Source: Spirochaetia bacterium
GTDB taxonomy: Bacteria; Spirochaetota; Spirochaetia; UBA9216
Length of the DNA stretch: 64,000 nt
Reading direction: 5' to 3'
NCBI GenBank assembly: GCA_963675665.1
Contig: OY776510.1
Location: forward strand, 1,376,001-1,440,000
Below are positions 38,846 to 48,827 of this stretch, in pieces. Position numbers and translations under genes: made by a program. The notes under the pieces are model-generated. The model had not been told where the DNA came from, made no database searches, and worked only from the letters and a program-made list of their open reading frames with translations. The number at the start of each line of letters is the position of its first letter. Within the stretch, counting starts at the first letter, position 1.

Positions 38846-39811
38846 GTGGAAAGAAATCCTTTTATTTCATACGGTAATTATCTCAGAGAGCTCTATGGGT
38901 CCCCGGCCTTCAGAGTCGGAATTGATGCCGGTTTTTCCTGTCCGAACCGGGAAAACGGCCGCAACAGTCCGGGCTGCTCATACTGTGATGCTTTCGGGGC
39001 CCGTGCCATGTATCAGCGAACCGAAGGAGCTTTTTCCGATTGTGTTGATGATGATTTGAAACATGATATAGCTCTTCAGACGGAAAAGGCGGTAAGGTTT
39101 TTAAAAAAACGATACAGGGCCGAAATATTTCTCCTTTACCTTCAGGCTTTTTCCGGAACACATGACAGTTCTTCACGACTGAAAGCTGTGTATGATTATG
39201 CGCTTTCACTTCATCAGTACCGGGAACTGATAGTGTCCACCAGACCGGACTGCATTGACCATGAACGGGCTGAACTGCTGGCTTCTTACCGTGAAAGGGG
39301 GCTTGATGTCTGGGTAGAACTGGGGTTGCAGTCGGCGCACGACAAAACTCTTGAAAGCGTCAACAGGGGGCATACGGTAAAGGATTTTGACACGGCATAT
39401 AAATTACTGAAGGAATACGGGGTAAAAACAGCGGTTCATCTGATTTTCGGACTTCCGGGAGAAGGAGCGGAAGAAATTGCTGAAACATGCCGTTATGTAG
39501 CATCGATAAAACCCGACGGCGTAAAGTTTCATAACCTGCATATACCAACCAATTCGCCGATGTATGAAGAATACAGAAAAGGACTTGTCGGGGCTCCTTC
39601 AACCGAAGAGCATCTTGAATATGTAATATCCGCAATCGAAATGATGCCTGAATCTACAGTGATAATGCGGCTTACCTGTGACAGCCGGAAAGAAGACATA
39701 GCAGCCCCGGCTGATTTTATAAAAAAAACGGAATTCTACAATCTGGTAAGAACGGAGATGATAAAAAGAGGTACATTTCAGGGGCGACTTTATAATGAAA
39801 TTCTGTTATAA
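38846..39811 (+). CDS. TIGR01212/YhcC-family radical SAM protein
   Basis: DAGFSCPNR..GCSYC, TRPDC, ELGLQS, HLIFGLPGE, KFHNLH. GTG start inferred from promoter spacing. Confidence 0.88.
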   Translation: MERNPFISYGNYLRELYGSPAFRVGIDAGFSCPNRENGRNSPGCSYCDAFGARAMYQRTEGAFSDCVDDDLKHDIALQTEKAVRFLKKRYRAEIFLLYLQAFSGTHDSSSRLKAVYDYALSLHQYRELIVSTRPDCIDHERAELLASYRERGLDVWVELGLQSAHDKTLESVNRGHTVKDFDTAYKLLKEYGVKTAVHLIFGLPGEGAEEIAETCRYVASIKPDGVKFHNLHIPTNSPMYEEYRKGLVGAPSTEEHLEYVISAIEMMPESTVIMRLTCDSRKEDIAAPADFIKKTEFYNLVRTEMIKRGTFQGRLYNEILL

Positions 39812-39854
39812 TTAGTGGAATTCTGGCCCTTGTGTAGATTAAAACGGAGATGTC

Positions 39855-40337
39855 ATGTCAGTAAAGAATACACAAATTTTCAGCATAATAGATCGAATAA
39901 GTGAACATTATCATCAAAACATTGCAAACAGATATATTCGAAAGGCGTTCACTGAACTAACGATTGAGAAGGGTGCATGGGAGAAAATAGAACGCCTGAC
40001 TGATTCTTCCGAGTATACCCGGCTTCAGGGATATAGTTTTAATGAGTTGTACGACAGTATTTACGCACTGGCGGTTTTTATCAGGAAGCTCAGAAATGAT
40101 GTGGCGCCCAATCTCAGGTTTATGCTGGGGCATGCCCGCCCGACCGGGAATGAAAAGCTGCTGATGGATATGGCAATTATTAATTTCAACGACAATCTGG
40201 GACTTTTTGCTGATATGGTCAATGAGCTTTATCTGAAAACGATTGAACTTGATCGGAATGAAGCCCGGGGACGGGCCCCGATTTATACAAAGCTGCCTGA
40301 ACTAAACGAAGTAGGAAAGATGCTTGTAGGGATGTAA
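39855..40337 (+). CDS. Hypothetical protein
   Basis: 160-aa ORF with SD GGAG and a terminator downstream. Confidence 0.7.
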   Translation: MSVKNTQIFSIIDRISEHYHQNIANRYIRKAFTELTIEKGAWEKIERLTDSSEYTRLQGYSFNELYDSIYALAVFIRKLRNDVAPNLRFMLGHARPTGNEKLLMDMAIINFNDNLGLFADMVNELYLKTIELDRNEARGRAPIYTKLPELNEVGKMLVGM

Positions 40338-40349
40338 CAGGATTGATAT

Positions 40350-40389
40350 AAAAAAAGCCCGTAAACCGTCAGATTTACGGGCTTTTTTT
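40350..40389. terminator. Bidirectional terminator
   Basis: A-run, GCCCGTAAA/TTTACGGGC stem, T-run. Confidence 0.85.
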
Positions 40390-40413
40390 ATTACGGTTAT
40401 ATTTCAGCTTCTT

Positions 40414-41709
40414 TTAATACTTGATTTCAGCTGCTGCCTTGTATATCCTGTCGTACAGATCTTCAAGGTTCTCAATATCTACTGAAGAAAATGCAACCCT
40501 GAGATATTTATCCTGGATAGAGATTGTTCCTATGCCGTCCTCTTCAAGGAGTTTCTTCCTAAGTTCTTCCGCCGAACCTTTTTTGAGAATATAACTCATG
40601 AAATAACCTGAGTTAAATGTCAGCGGAAGCAGAACCGGATCGTCGCTATGCTTTGCAAGGATCTCCCTTATTTTTATATAACGTTCCTTCAGCTCAGCTT
40701 CATAGGCGGCCTTCTGACTGTTGTATTCCGGGTTCTGCATGGCCTTAAGAAGAAGGCTCTGTGCAGGGCGCGAACAATTTGAGATTGAGCATCTGATTGA
40801 AGCGCCTGTCTTGGTTTCAAGAACCTTGTACTGTTCTGCAGTCATCCCCTTCGATCCGAAAGTGAGAAATCCGACTCTGAATCCCCAGGCAAAATGCTCT
40901 TTTGTTGCCCCGTCGGCTTTTACTGCCAGAATGTTTTCATGTGCTGAACAGAGTTCGTTGAAAAGCGAATGTTTATAAGTATTTTCTTCGTAGAACAGAC
41001 CGAAATATGCATCGTCGGTTATAACCAGCAGTTTATATCCTTCATCAGCAACTGAAACAAGAGCATTTCTCAGGGCAGACGCTTCATCTTTGGTTGGAGA
41101 ATAACCTGTAGGGTTGTTGGGAAAATTTACAATTACAACGGCTTTTTTATTTACAGCCGATTCTTTTATTGTTTTTACAAAACCCTCGATGTTAAGACCC
41201 ATACTCTGAGTATAAAACGGAAAAGAAGCAATAGAAGCTTTTACTCTTTCTTCAATCATAAGCCGATAGTTTCCCCAGAACATATCCGGTACTATCACTG
41301 ACTCTCCTTCATTAACGAATAATTCGATTAGAAGAAAGATTCCATGAGTAAGTCCCGATGTTACAACCGGATTTGAAATTTTGTCTGGATCAACATCGGG
41401 ATTTTTTCGGACAATATCATTCTTCCAGAGTTTGACAAGTGCAGGGTCGCCTCCTGTCGGAGCGTAGGTTACAGCCTCGGAAGGTTTGAGTTCCGGAATA
41501 AGATCTCTCAGTGAAGCAAGCTCTACAGCCTGTCCCCGGCTCATAGCCATGCCTACTGTGGCGTTGTAGGTTGTGGCCTTTTCTTTTGCTTCTGCAGATT
41601 GTGATACAATCCCCTTTGGGAAATATATCCTTTTTCCATAATCAGAGAGCAGCTCGTAAGCTGTGGTTCCTGAAATTATATTGTTCAAATCAACGGCTAA
41701 TTTGTTCAT
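40414..41709 (-). CDS. PLP-dependent aminotransferase class I/II
   Basis: NATVG, NFPNNPTGYSP, DDAYFG, DGATKE..WGFRVG. Confidence 0.9.
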   Translation of the reverse strand: MNKLAVDLNNIISGTTAYELLSDYGKRIYFPKGIVSQSAEAKEKATTYNATVGMAMSRGQAVELASLRDLIPELKPSEAVTYAPTGGDPALVKLWKNDIVRKNPDVDPDKISNPVVTSGLTHGIFLLIELFVNEGESVIVPDMFWGNYRLMIEERVKASIASFPFYTQSMGLNIEGFVKTIKESAVNKKAVVIVNFPNNPTGYSPTKDEASALRNALVSVADEGYKLLVITDDAYFGLFYEENTYKHSLFNELCSAHENILAVKADGATKEHFAWGFRVGFLTFGSKGMTAEQYKVLETKTGASIRCSISNCSRPAQSLLLKAMQNPEYNSQKAAYEAELKERYIKIREILAKHSDDPVLLPLTFNSGYFMSYILKKGSAEELRKKLLEEDGIGTISIQDKYLRVAFSSVDIENLEDLYDRIYKAAAEIKY

Positions 41710-41794
41710 GTGCTGAGAATAACTTTCCTAATTTAATTTGTCAAGATTTGGAGCCATTGACCCCGTTGCACATATACATTATTTTTCATATAAA

Positions 41795-42145
41795 ATGGAA
41801 AAAAGAAAAATTTCACTTATAGCCTTTTTTGTTCTTCTTGTTACGCTCACCGTTTTTATGCTTATACCTTCTCCCCCGACCGTTTTCCCGAAGATCCGTT
41901 TCCTTGACAAGGTTGAACATTTCAGTGCGTTTTTTATTCTGACTTCATTGCTGCTGGTTTATTCCGGAGGTATAAGTCTGAAAAAAAGGCGATTCAATCT
42001 GATATTCCCTTCAATGCTGATATGTTACGGGATTTTAATTGAATTTCTTCAGGGATTAACGGGTCGAAGCATAGAGGTTTCAGATGTTATTGCCGATGTT
42101 ATTGGTATAGCATTCGGATGCATTCTTTCGCTTTTTTTTCTGTGA
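41795..42145 (+). CDS. VanZ-family membrane protein
   Basis: DKVEHF, IEFLQ..GRS, DVIAD. Confidence 0.85.
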   Translation: MEKRKISLIAFFVLLVTLTVFMLIPSPPTVFPKIRFLDKVEHFSAFFILTSLLLVYSGGISLKKRRFNLIFPSMLICYGILIEFLQGLTGRSIEVSDVIADVIGIAFGCILSLFFL

Positions 42146-42193
42146 TTGACATGAGTCTGTTTTTAAAATAACATTATATCCGAGGGTAATTTA

Positions 42194-43735
42194 GTGAGCA
42201 ATCCTGAAGTAAAGGCCGGTTTTCTAACCAGAATTCTGTCAATTCTGTCAAGAGCATCGGATCCTGAAAGGGAAAAAAAGCGTCAGCTTAAAGATGTATA
42301 CAAACAGCTAAAGAATCATAAATACAAGTTTTACAAGCCAAAAACCGATGAAGCGCTCGCTGCTCTCGCCAAATTATTTTATGATATATATATAATTGCA
42401 GGTCCCGCAAAAATACTTCTCGATCATGCTGAAGCTTCTGTTGTTTTAAAAACAATTATCATTGAAAATTCATTTTCCGAAAATCAGAAAAATATCAGAG
42501 CGTCATTCGATGATACCGAAATCAGGGAAGCGGTTAAGGCCTCCGGAGGCAACGTAAAAAATGTTACCGAAGAGCTTAAATCAAATCTTGTAAATTTTTT
42601 CTCTATATTTGACACTGAAAAAGTTCGTGAAATAAACGCAACCTATAATCTGATGACAATCTTTCTGGAATTTATATCTTTCGATTATTACTTCTTTCTG
42701 AGGAAGTTTGATTCCAGGTTTCCGGAAAATGATTTTACCTATAATTCCAAATTTGAAGATATAAACGGTGAATATATTGTTGAAGATCTGAAAGATTTTC
42801 TTGTACTGATACCTTTTCTTGAACTTGATGCTTCCTGGGACTCCCTGTTCGACGTCCTCTCTTCCTATAAAGGCGCCGAACTGATGAACCGCAAGGACTG
42901 GCAGAAAATCCTTCGAAGAATCCGGGATGTTCGTCAATCCAAAATTCTTGAGCTCATGATCAAGGCAATTGATCAGGATCCTGCATACGCATACAGGGTG
43001 CAGAGGCCCAACAAGCATATTGTAGAAGATTATCTGAACAAGTTGAAAAGCCAGGTTGAACTCTCAATACAGAAGATCCTCAAGGAGCAGAGAACCAACA
43101 AAATTGACAGTCTTGCCGACAGAATTTTCGGAACGCATGCAATCTCAAGAATGAAATATTATACCGAAAAAGCCAACCTGGCTTTCGCCAAAAAAATGCT
43201 CGGAGGATATATATATATCGCGCCGATGAATTATCTGAAGGCGTTTCTGGTTGATTTCTGCAAAAAGGATATAAGAGAAATCAGCGATGTTCTTCTTATC
43301 AGGGGCAAGTGGACTACAAATATCAGTTCACAGCAGCTTTCCGAAGCCTTCTACGGACTGATGTCGACAGCAGAAGAGTTAATTACTTTTGATGAAAAAC
43401 TGTCTGAAGAAGGTGTGCGGGGCAGCGAGATAACAAAACTTCTGAAACGCCGTGACTCCGATAAAGCAAATATAACGCTGCTTCGAAAGCAATTAAAAGA
43501 GATTAATGATGATGCGCTCAGATTGATTAATACTACCGGGGTCCATCTTGTATCTATTGCAAAGAGTTTCAAGCTTGTTATTGAAGATTATCAGAAAAAA
43601 CCTCATGAATTGCTTACAAACTGGAAAGAGATAGAATCAATAATTGAAGGCGGAGTAGTGCCAAGGATGTCCGACATTTACAGGAAATGCTATTATTTTA
43701 TCCAGCTGCTTCAGTTTTACAACAAGAGCAAATAG
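42194..43735 (+). CDS. Spirochaete-type conserved protein (DUF5312-like)
   Basis: DPEREKKRQLK, FDYYFFLRKFD; helical; recognised by recall only. Confidence 0.65.
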   Translation: MSNPEVKAGFLTRILSILSRASDPEREKKRQLKDVYKQLKNHKYKFYKPKTDEALAALAKLFYDIYIIAGPAKILLDHAEASVVLKTIIIENSFSENQKNIRASFDDTEIREAVKASGGNVKNVTEELKSNLVNFFSIFDTEKVREINATYNLMTIFLEFISFDYYFFLRKFDSRFPENDFTYNSKFEDINGEYIVEDLKDFLVLIPFLELDASWDSLFDVLSSYKGAELMNRKDWQKILRRIRDVRQSKILELMIKAIDQDPAYAYRVQRPNKHIVEDYLNKLKSQVELSIQKILKEQRTNKIDSLADRIFGTHAISRMKYYTEKANLAFAKKMLGGYIYIAPMNYLKAFLVDFCKKDIREISDVLLIRGKWTTNISSQQLSEAFYGLMSTAEELITFDEKLSEEGVRGSEITKLLKRRDSDKANITLLRKQLKEINDDALRLINTTGVHLVSIAKSFKLVIEDYQKKPHELLTNWKEIESIIEGGVVPRMSDIYRKCYYFIQLLQFYNKSK

Positions 43736-43736
43736 C

Positions 43737-45743
43737 TTATTCAGTAAAATCGCCGAGGCTTGTATCGCCGACCGGTTTTTTAAATCCGGAAAAAACGACC
43801 GCAATTATCACGCAGTTAACTACCGAAGCGGCTGCGAAAATATTCCACTCCGGAGCTCCGGATGCAATGCTTCCGACGAATGAATAAAGTTTCAGGCTGA
43901 TAGTGTAGAGTTTTTCATCGTTCAGAAATAAAAGCGGCGCCATAAAACTGTTCCAGGCACTTATAACCGCCGTCATTACCGCGGTAGTTATAACCGGCCT
44001 GGACAGCGGCAGAATTATCCTGAAAAGGTATGCACCGGCCGGTTGTCCCTCAAGCAGGGCGATGTCGCGAAATGCCCGGGGCATTCGGCCCAGCCAGGCT
44101 GTTATTGTAAACATCGAAAAAGGAATACTGTGATATATCGAAATTATTATCAGTGGAACGTATGAATTGACCAGTCCGATTCGCTCAAATGAAGAATAAA
44201 GCGGTATCAATGAATGCATGCCGCCTGTTATGCTTAAAATCTGAATAAAGGTAAGCGCGGCTATTGTGGTTCCCCTGCCCCGACTGTTGAGCCATACTGC
44301 CGCCGGAAAGCATACGATTGGAACCAGTAAGCCTGTCAGTCCGGAAAGGATAATTGTGTTTCTGAAGTACAGCATAATGTTTTCTTCCAGAAACACAGTT
44401 TTAAAGCTGTTTAACCCGGCATGTGGAGGCAACAGACCGTCGATGTAGCAGGCGCTTACACCGGAAAAGCTCATCCAGATCAGAAAATAAAGAAGGGCGG
44501 CAGAGCTGATAATAAGAAAGAGAGATGAAAAGGTTGAAAAGCCGAGATTGAGGCTGCCGAGCAACGGAGAATTTATGCTCCGGGCAGTTCCAAAAGAGCT
44601 GTTTCTGCCTTTTTTCCGACAGCAGTACATGAGCGTAAAGACTGCAGGGAAAATCCCCGGATTGAAACCGGCGAGGAAACTGGTTTTAGCAATACAGAAA
44701 ACAATCCAGAGGCCGTGAATTATAACCGCCGCTCGGAAAAAGCGCTTGTTTATGAATCCTGTAAGATACAGTGCGGCCGGAACCAATCCTGCCTTCCGGG
44801 AGAATATTATCTGCAGAGCAGCTGTAATTATAATCAGGAATTTGAATTTTCTGTCGGCGCTGAAATTCCTGTTTTTGGTTACGTACCAGATCAGCATAAG
44901 CAGTATAACGATGCCTGCCATAATAACGGAGTAGGCGGACGATATCCCGTAATCGTCGGTGTTGTTGAAAACATCGAAGAGGAATGTATCCATTGTTGTT
45001 GTGGCTCCGATAACATATCTTTCGGTTATGCCTGAAAGAAGTGGCGGACCGCCTGATGTCATAAGAAAAATAAGGGTGAATTCCTTGAACCCTTTGATAA
45101 AGTTCAGCACTGCCATGACAATCAGCGAAGTTTTAATTTGGGGCAGATATATATGGTAGGCAATAATTCCCGTACCCGCTCCGTCAAGAACGGCCGCTTC
45201 AATACAGCTTTTTGATATTTTTTTAAGCGCGCCGTGAAGCACAAAAGCGGTAAGAGGAACTGTCATCCAGATGTTGACAACCATACAGCTGAAGAATCCG
45301 GCAATCGGGTCTGTCATCAGGTTGGCTTCTATTCCGAAGAGGGTTGTCAGAACGGAGATTCCACCGTTTCCGTGGATTATTGCCCGCCACAGCGGAACAG
45401 CTATATAAACCGGTATCCCCCACGGAACAAGAAGCGCTGCGTAAATAATATTTGAAAATCTTTTTCTGCCCGATAATGCAAGGGCAATTATAAAACCGAA
45501 AAAGATGCTCAGAAATGTGCTTAGTACCGCCCATAAGGAGGTTATATTAAGGCTGTAACCGAACCCGGCATCGGCTCCGAGATAACGGAAATTATCCAGC
45601 CCGGCAAATGTCCGAATGCCGTATGTGTCGTGAAAAAAGGAAGTTGTAAGCGCTTCAAAAAAAGGAGAAATTCCCGCCGCTGTTATGACCAGCAGGGCGG
45701 GAATGATAAAGTATATTTTTACATTGAATTTATATTTACTCAA
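43737..45743 (-). CDS. Fused CUT1 ABC permease (MalF-like plus MalG-like domains)
   Basis: GLDNF, EAAVLDGAG, TSGGP in the first half; IALLEG, AWNSFMAP in the second half. Confidence 0.88.
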   Translation of the reverse strand: MSKYKFNVKIYFIIPALLVITAAGISPFFEALTTSFFHDTYGIRTFAGLDNFRYLGADAGFGYSLNITSLWAVLSTFLSIFFGFIIALALSGRKRFSNIIYAALLVPWGIPVYIAVPLWRAIIHGNGGISVLTTLFGIEANLMTDPIAGFFSCMVVNIWMTVPLTAFVLHGALKKISKSCIEAAVLDGAGTGIIAYHIYLPQIKTSLIVMAVLNFIKGFKEFTLIFLMTSGGPPLLSGITERYVIGATTTMDTFLFDVFNNTDDYGISSAYSVIMAGIVILLMLIWYVTKNRNFSADRKFKFLIIITAALQIIFSRKAGLVPAALYLTGFINKRFFRAAVIIHGLWIVFCIAKTSFLAGFNPGIFPAVFTLMYCCRKKGRNSSFGTARSINSPLLGSLNLGFSTFSSLFLIISSAALLYFLIWMSFSGVSACYIDGLLPPHAGLNSFKTVFLEENIMLYFRNTIILSGLTGLLVPIVCFPAAVWLNSRGRGTTIAALTFIQILSITGGMHSLIPLYSSFERIGLVNSYVPLIIISIYHSIPFSMFTITAWLGRMPRAFRDIALLEGQPAGAYLFRIILPLSRPVITTAVMTAVISAWNSFMAPLLFLNDEKLYTISLKLYSFVGSIASGAPEWNIFAAASVVNCVIIAVVFSGFKKPVGDTSLGDFTE

Positions 45744-47166
45744 GAATTATCTTGACAACATTTCTGACGGCTTTTATTCCGTCCGGAATAAGCGCAGCAT
45801 CATTATCCCAGGCTACAACAAGCGGGAATTCATCTTCATCAAGATCTGATCCGTCGCCCTTGAACATCCCGATGATGACATCATTATTGCCGTCGAGCTC
45901 GGATGCGGCAAGAGCGATTGTATAACCGTCCGAAGCTTCAATTTTTACAGTTTCATATCCGCTGTATCTTTCCAGAAGCATATAAATCGGCATGCCCATG
46001 TAATCTTTAAGTTTTGTTTTCTTTTTATTCCACATTTCGACTACTGTGCGTGAGTTTGTAACCCCGGACATCAGTGTCTGGGCGTCCATTACCTCTGTGC
46101 CGGAGGTGCTTACAAGCGAGAGATTAAAATTCTTAAATGGAATATCCTTAATGATAATCTTTTTAACCATCCGGGCCGATACGTGTCCGGTGAAATTGGG
46201 ATTCTCCGGTCCTACTTTTACAAGTCGTATATATCCCGGATCTTCAGGCATATATTCGCCGTTTTCCCTGAATGCCAGGATCCAGTCGCCGTTTGAGTTA
46301 TCCAGAAGCTGTTCGCCGCTGTAGTTCATTGCATAGCCGTCCATGGCTTCGATGGTTATGCTCATGTCGGCCGAAAGATTTGTATATTCGTTTATCAGGT
46401 CGACTATCTTTACGCCGGCCCAGGTAGACTCAAATGTATTACCGTAGCTGTTTGTATAATTACCCTTGTCTTCAATATAATAATTCAGTTTTTCCAGCTC
46501 GCTGATTTTATATGATCCGGACTGTTCTCCAATCTCCAGTATCAGTTCAAAATCGTTGTTTTCAAGCGATACAGCTTCTATCGAAGCGGTAATTTCTGAA
46601 AGTTCTTTTACCCACAGCTGTCCGGAGACATTTCCGCAGGACATGGGTTTGATCTTCTCGCCGTTAACAGAGTCTGCTATGTAAATTTCATCGGCGGCGT
46701 GGTCAGCAGTGTTTATTGTAGCTGAATATCCGTCTGCTGCGGTCAGCGTAAGATCATAACCTGAATTCCAGAGGTCTTCCTTGAAAGAATAAGGCATTGT
46801 CGCATCGGCATCATCCACCATTGCTACAATTTTTACCAGAGGCATTGCCGTAACAGTCAGCATTTCGCCTTTTCTTTCGAACTGAAATTCTCCGTAACCG
46901 GAGGCCGGATCTTCTTTCCACTTTTCAAAGTTGGATTCCCATACTTCATCAGCTCTTGCGCCGCTGACATTTATAAGCCAGCCTTCGCCCTTGGGTGTTG
47001 CGTGTGAAGTATCGTCAATTTCCGAAATCTCGGCAGTTTTTGCCTCCTCCGATGAGACCGTTTTTGATGTAGTTGAGTTTTGGTCGGTTGCTGTTGCACA
47101 GCCGCTGCTGAGCAGAACAGCCGTAACAAGCAGAAGCATCAGTACTGATAAAATTTTTTTCTTCAT
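45736..47166 (-). CDS. Lipoprotein with three molybdopterin-oxidoreductase (sulfite oxidase/MsrP fold)-like repeats
   Basis: Lipobox SSG-C. Repeats carry AADGY, AMDGY and ASDGY, WAGVKIVDL/YMGMPIYML, ILAFRENGE..GYIRLV, and end in WVKELSEI, ARMVKKI and VRNVVKI. Confidence 0.7.
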   Translation of the reverse strand: MKKKILSVLMLLLVTAVLLSSGCATATDQNSTTSKTVSSEEAKTAEISEIDDTSHATPKGEGWLINVSGARADEVWESNFEKWKEDPASGYGEFQFERKGEMLTVTAMPLVKIVAMVDDADATMPYSFKEDLWNSGYDLTLTAADGYSATINTADHAADEIYIADSVNGEKIKPMSCGNVSGQLWVKELSEITASIEAVSLENNDFELILEIGEQSGSYKISELEKLNYYIEDKGNYTNSYGNTFESTWAGVKIVDLINEYTNLSADMSITIEAMDGYAMNYSGEQLLDNSNGDWILAFRENGEYMPEDPGYIRLVKVGPENPNFTGHVSARMVKKIIIKDIPFKNFNLSLVSTSGTEVMDAQTLMSGVTNSRTVVEMWNKKKTKLKDYMGMPIYMLLERYSGYETVKIEASDGYTIALAASELDGNNDVIIGMFKGDGSDLDEDEFPLVVAWDNDAALIPDGIKAVRNVVKIILE

Positions 47167-47196
47167 AATATCTCCTACAAATATTTCCAGGGGTTT

Positions 47197-48687
47197 TCAG
47201 AAGTCCCGTTCTTCCATGTTTTTATCTACCAGGGTTTGAGTCTGTTTTAATACCTGGTCCGCCGGCAGTTTTCCGGAAATTGCAAATCTCAACATTTTCC
47301 ACATGATGTTTTTATAAACTGAATAAGCTTTGTCGGTCGGAATAATGACCCCGTCGGACGCGCTTATGCTGAGTGTTTCATAAAACGGATTTGTCTCTTC
47401 TGCAGTCAGCCATGCTTTCTCAAGGGCCGGCAATTTGGCTGTTTCGGATGTAAAACGCTGTTGAACCCCAATTCCCGTCAGGTATTCGATTAACCGGCGC
47501 GCTCCTGTTGTATTGTGTGAACGTTTTGAGATCGCAAAAGCTTTGAAATCAAGCAGCGGAGAAACCCTGATGCCTGTTTTATCGTTTACAGGAAGAGGCG
47601 CTGTTTCAAAAGGTATGCCCAGCTGTGTAAAATGGGGAATGCTGTATGATGCACTGATAATCATTGCCGTCTCTCCGGAAACAAAAAGAGAAGTCATTGC
47701 ATCTCTTTCCATCGGCTGCATAAGCTTGTTGTCCTGAAGCTCAAGGATGTATTCGAGCGCATCAAGCGTCGGTTTGTCGTCGATCAGTATCGAACCGTCG
47801 GATTCGACAAGAGTCTTTTTGCCGAATGCGAATTGAAACGGAATAAGAAATGACGCCGAGTATGAATTCCAGGCGGAAGGTATTTTTCCGTTTTGCTTAA
47901 CATTTTCACATGATCGTTCAAAATCGGAAAGCCGCCAGTTATTGTCAGGACGCGGGACAAGCTCGGGATTGTAGAAGATCATCTGTGCGTCATAATAGAA
48001 AGGAATTCCCCACAGTTTTTTATCAAGAGAGAATGCATCTATTCCCTGTTTAAATAATCCTTCTGTCGCCATGAAATCAAGATTCTGGATGCTTCCCGAG
48101 CGTGCCAATCTGTCGATGTAGCTTGACTGAACCATTATCACATCAGGAACACTGCCGTTAGCCTGTGTTGTCGATATAAGCTTTGAATCAGGTTTTGATA
48201 CTTCTACAATTTTAATATCGATAGAATGCAGATCCCCATAGCGCCCGATCTCGTCTCTGAGCAGTGAAATGCCCTCCCAGTTTACCCATATTTCAAGAGG
48301 ACTATATTCAAGTGTTTCGCAGTCAAGGTTGACGGATTTTATATTTGTATAAAGCCTGTTTTTGTAAAGAACAGACCAGCTGCCGTCTGTAGAAACCAGA
48401 TAGTGTTTTGACAGATTGTCGCCAAGGTCAGGATCGACAAGTTTTATGCGGCTGTCCGGGTTGTCCGAACCGAGAGAAAGGGTCCATGCTTCGTATACTG
48501 CCGGAAAAAGTTCGTCAAGGGAAATTCCGGTCATAACAGTTCCGAGAAAGGGGATAGGATATGATAACGACTGCAACTCGGTATTGCTGAATTCTTTCCA
48601 AATGGAATTGTTTACCGAGAACGATACTGCGTAGATATTAAGTGTAATAAATACAGCCGTGACAACAAGAACGGCCCTTTTAATCAC
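47197..48687 (-). CDS. MalE-like solute-binding protein with an N-terminal extension
   Basis: VPDVI, GIPFYY..FYNPELV, FVSGETAMII. GTG start (VIKRAV) follows SD GGAAAGGAAG. Confidence 0.8.
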   Translation of the reverse strand: MIKRAVLVVTAVFITLNIYAVSFSVNNSIWKEFSNTELQSLSYPIPFLGTVMTGISLDELFPAVYEAWTLSLGSDNPDSRIKLVDPDLGDNLSKHYLVSTDGSWSVLYKNRLYTNIKSVNLDCETLEYSPLEIWVNWEGISLLRDEIGRYGDLHSIDIKIVEVSKPDSKLISTTQANGSVPDVIMVQSSYIDRLARSGSIQNLDFMATEGLFKQGIDAFSLDKKLWGIPFYYDAQMIFYNPELVPRPDNNWRLSDFERSCENVKQNGKIPSAWNSYSASFLIPFQFAFGKKTLVESDGSILIDDKPTLDALEYILELQDNKLMQPMERDAMTSLFVSGETAMIISASYSIPHFTQLGIPFETAPLPVNDKTGIRVSPLLDFKAFAISKRSHNTTGARRLIEYLTGIGVQQRFTSETAKLPALEKAWLTAEETNPFYETLSISASDGVIIPTDKAYSVYKNIMWKMLRFAISGKLPADQVLKQTQTLVDKNMEERDF

Positions 48688-48689
48688 CT

Positions 48690-48815
48690 GCACTTCCTTT
48701 CCAAACACGGGAGGCCCTGCTGTTTCCGGCAGAACCCTTCGATCTCCGTCCATCGAATAGCTGATATTTTTAAAAATAAAGCGAATTCTACAGGAATGAA
48801 GATTCGGAAGATATA
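48690..48815 (-). ncRNA. Moco/Wco (molybdenum/tungsten cofactor) riboswitch, P3-less form
   Basis: Minus strand reads CTTCCGAATCTTCATTCCT...ATGGACGGAGATCGAAGGGTTCTGCCGGAAACAGCAGGGCCTCCCGTGTTTGGAAAGGAAG. It shows the AGGG-stem-GAAA-stem-GCCTCCCGTRTTTGGAAAGG hallmark of the moaA-type RNA, with P1 covering the SD. Confidence 0.8.
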
Positions 48816-48827
48816 ATTATCGAATAA

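Noticed and set aside
41795-42145. vanZ as a glycopeptide-resistance locus
   Set aside because: It is a stand-alone VanZ-like gene with no van cluster; this family is widespread.
48688-48753. ORF-track start at 48753 for the binding protein
   Set aside because: This segment is the riboswitch. The GTG at 48687 has an SD and yields a proper signal peptide.
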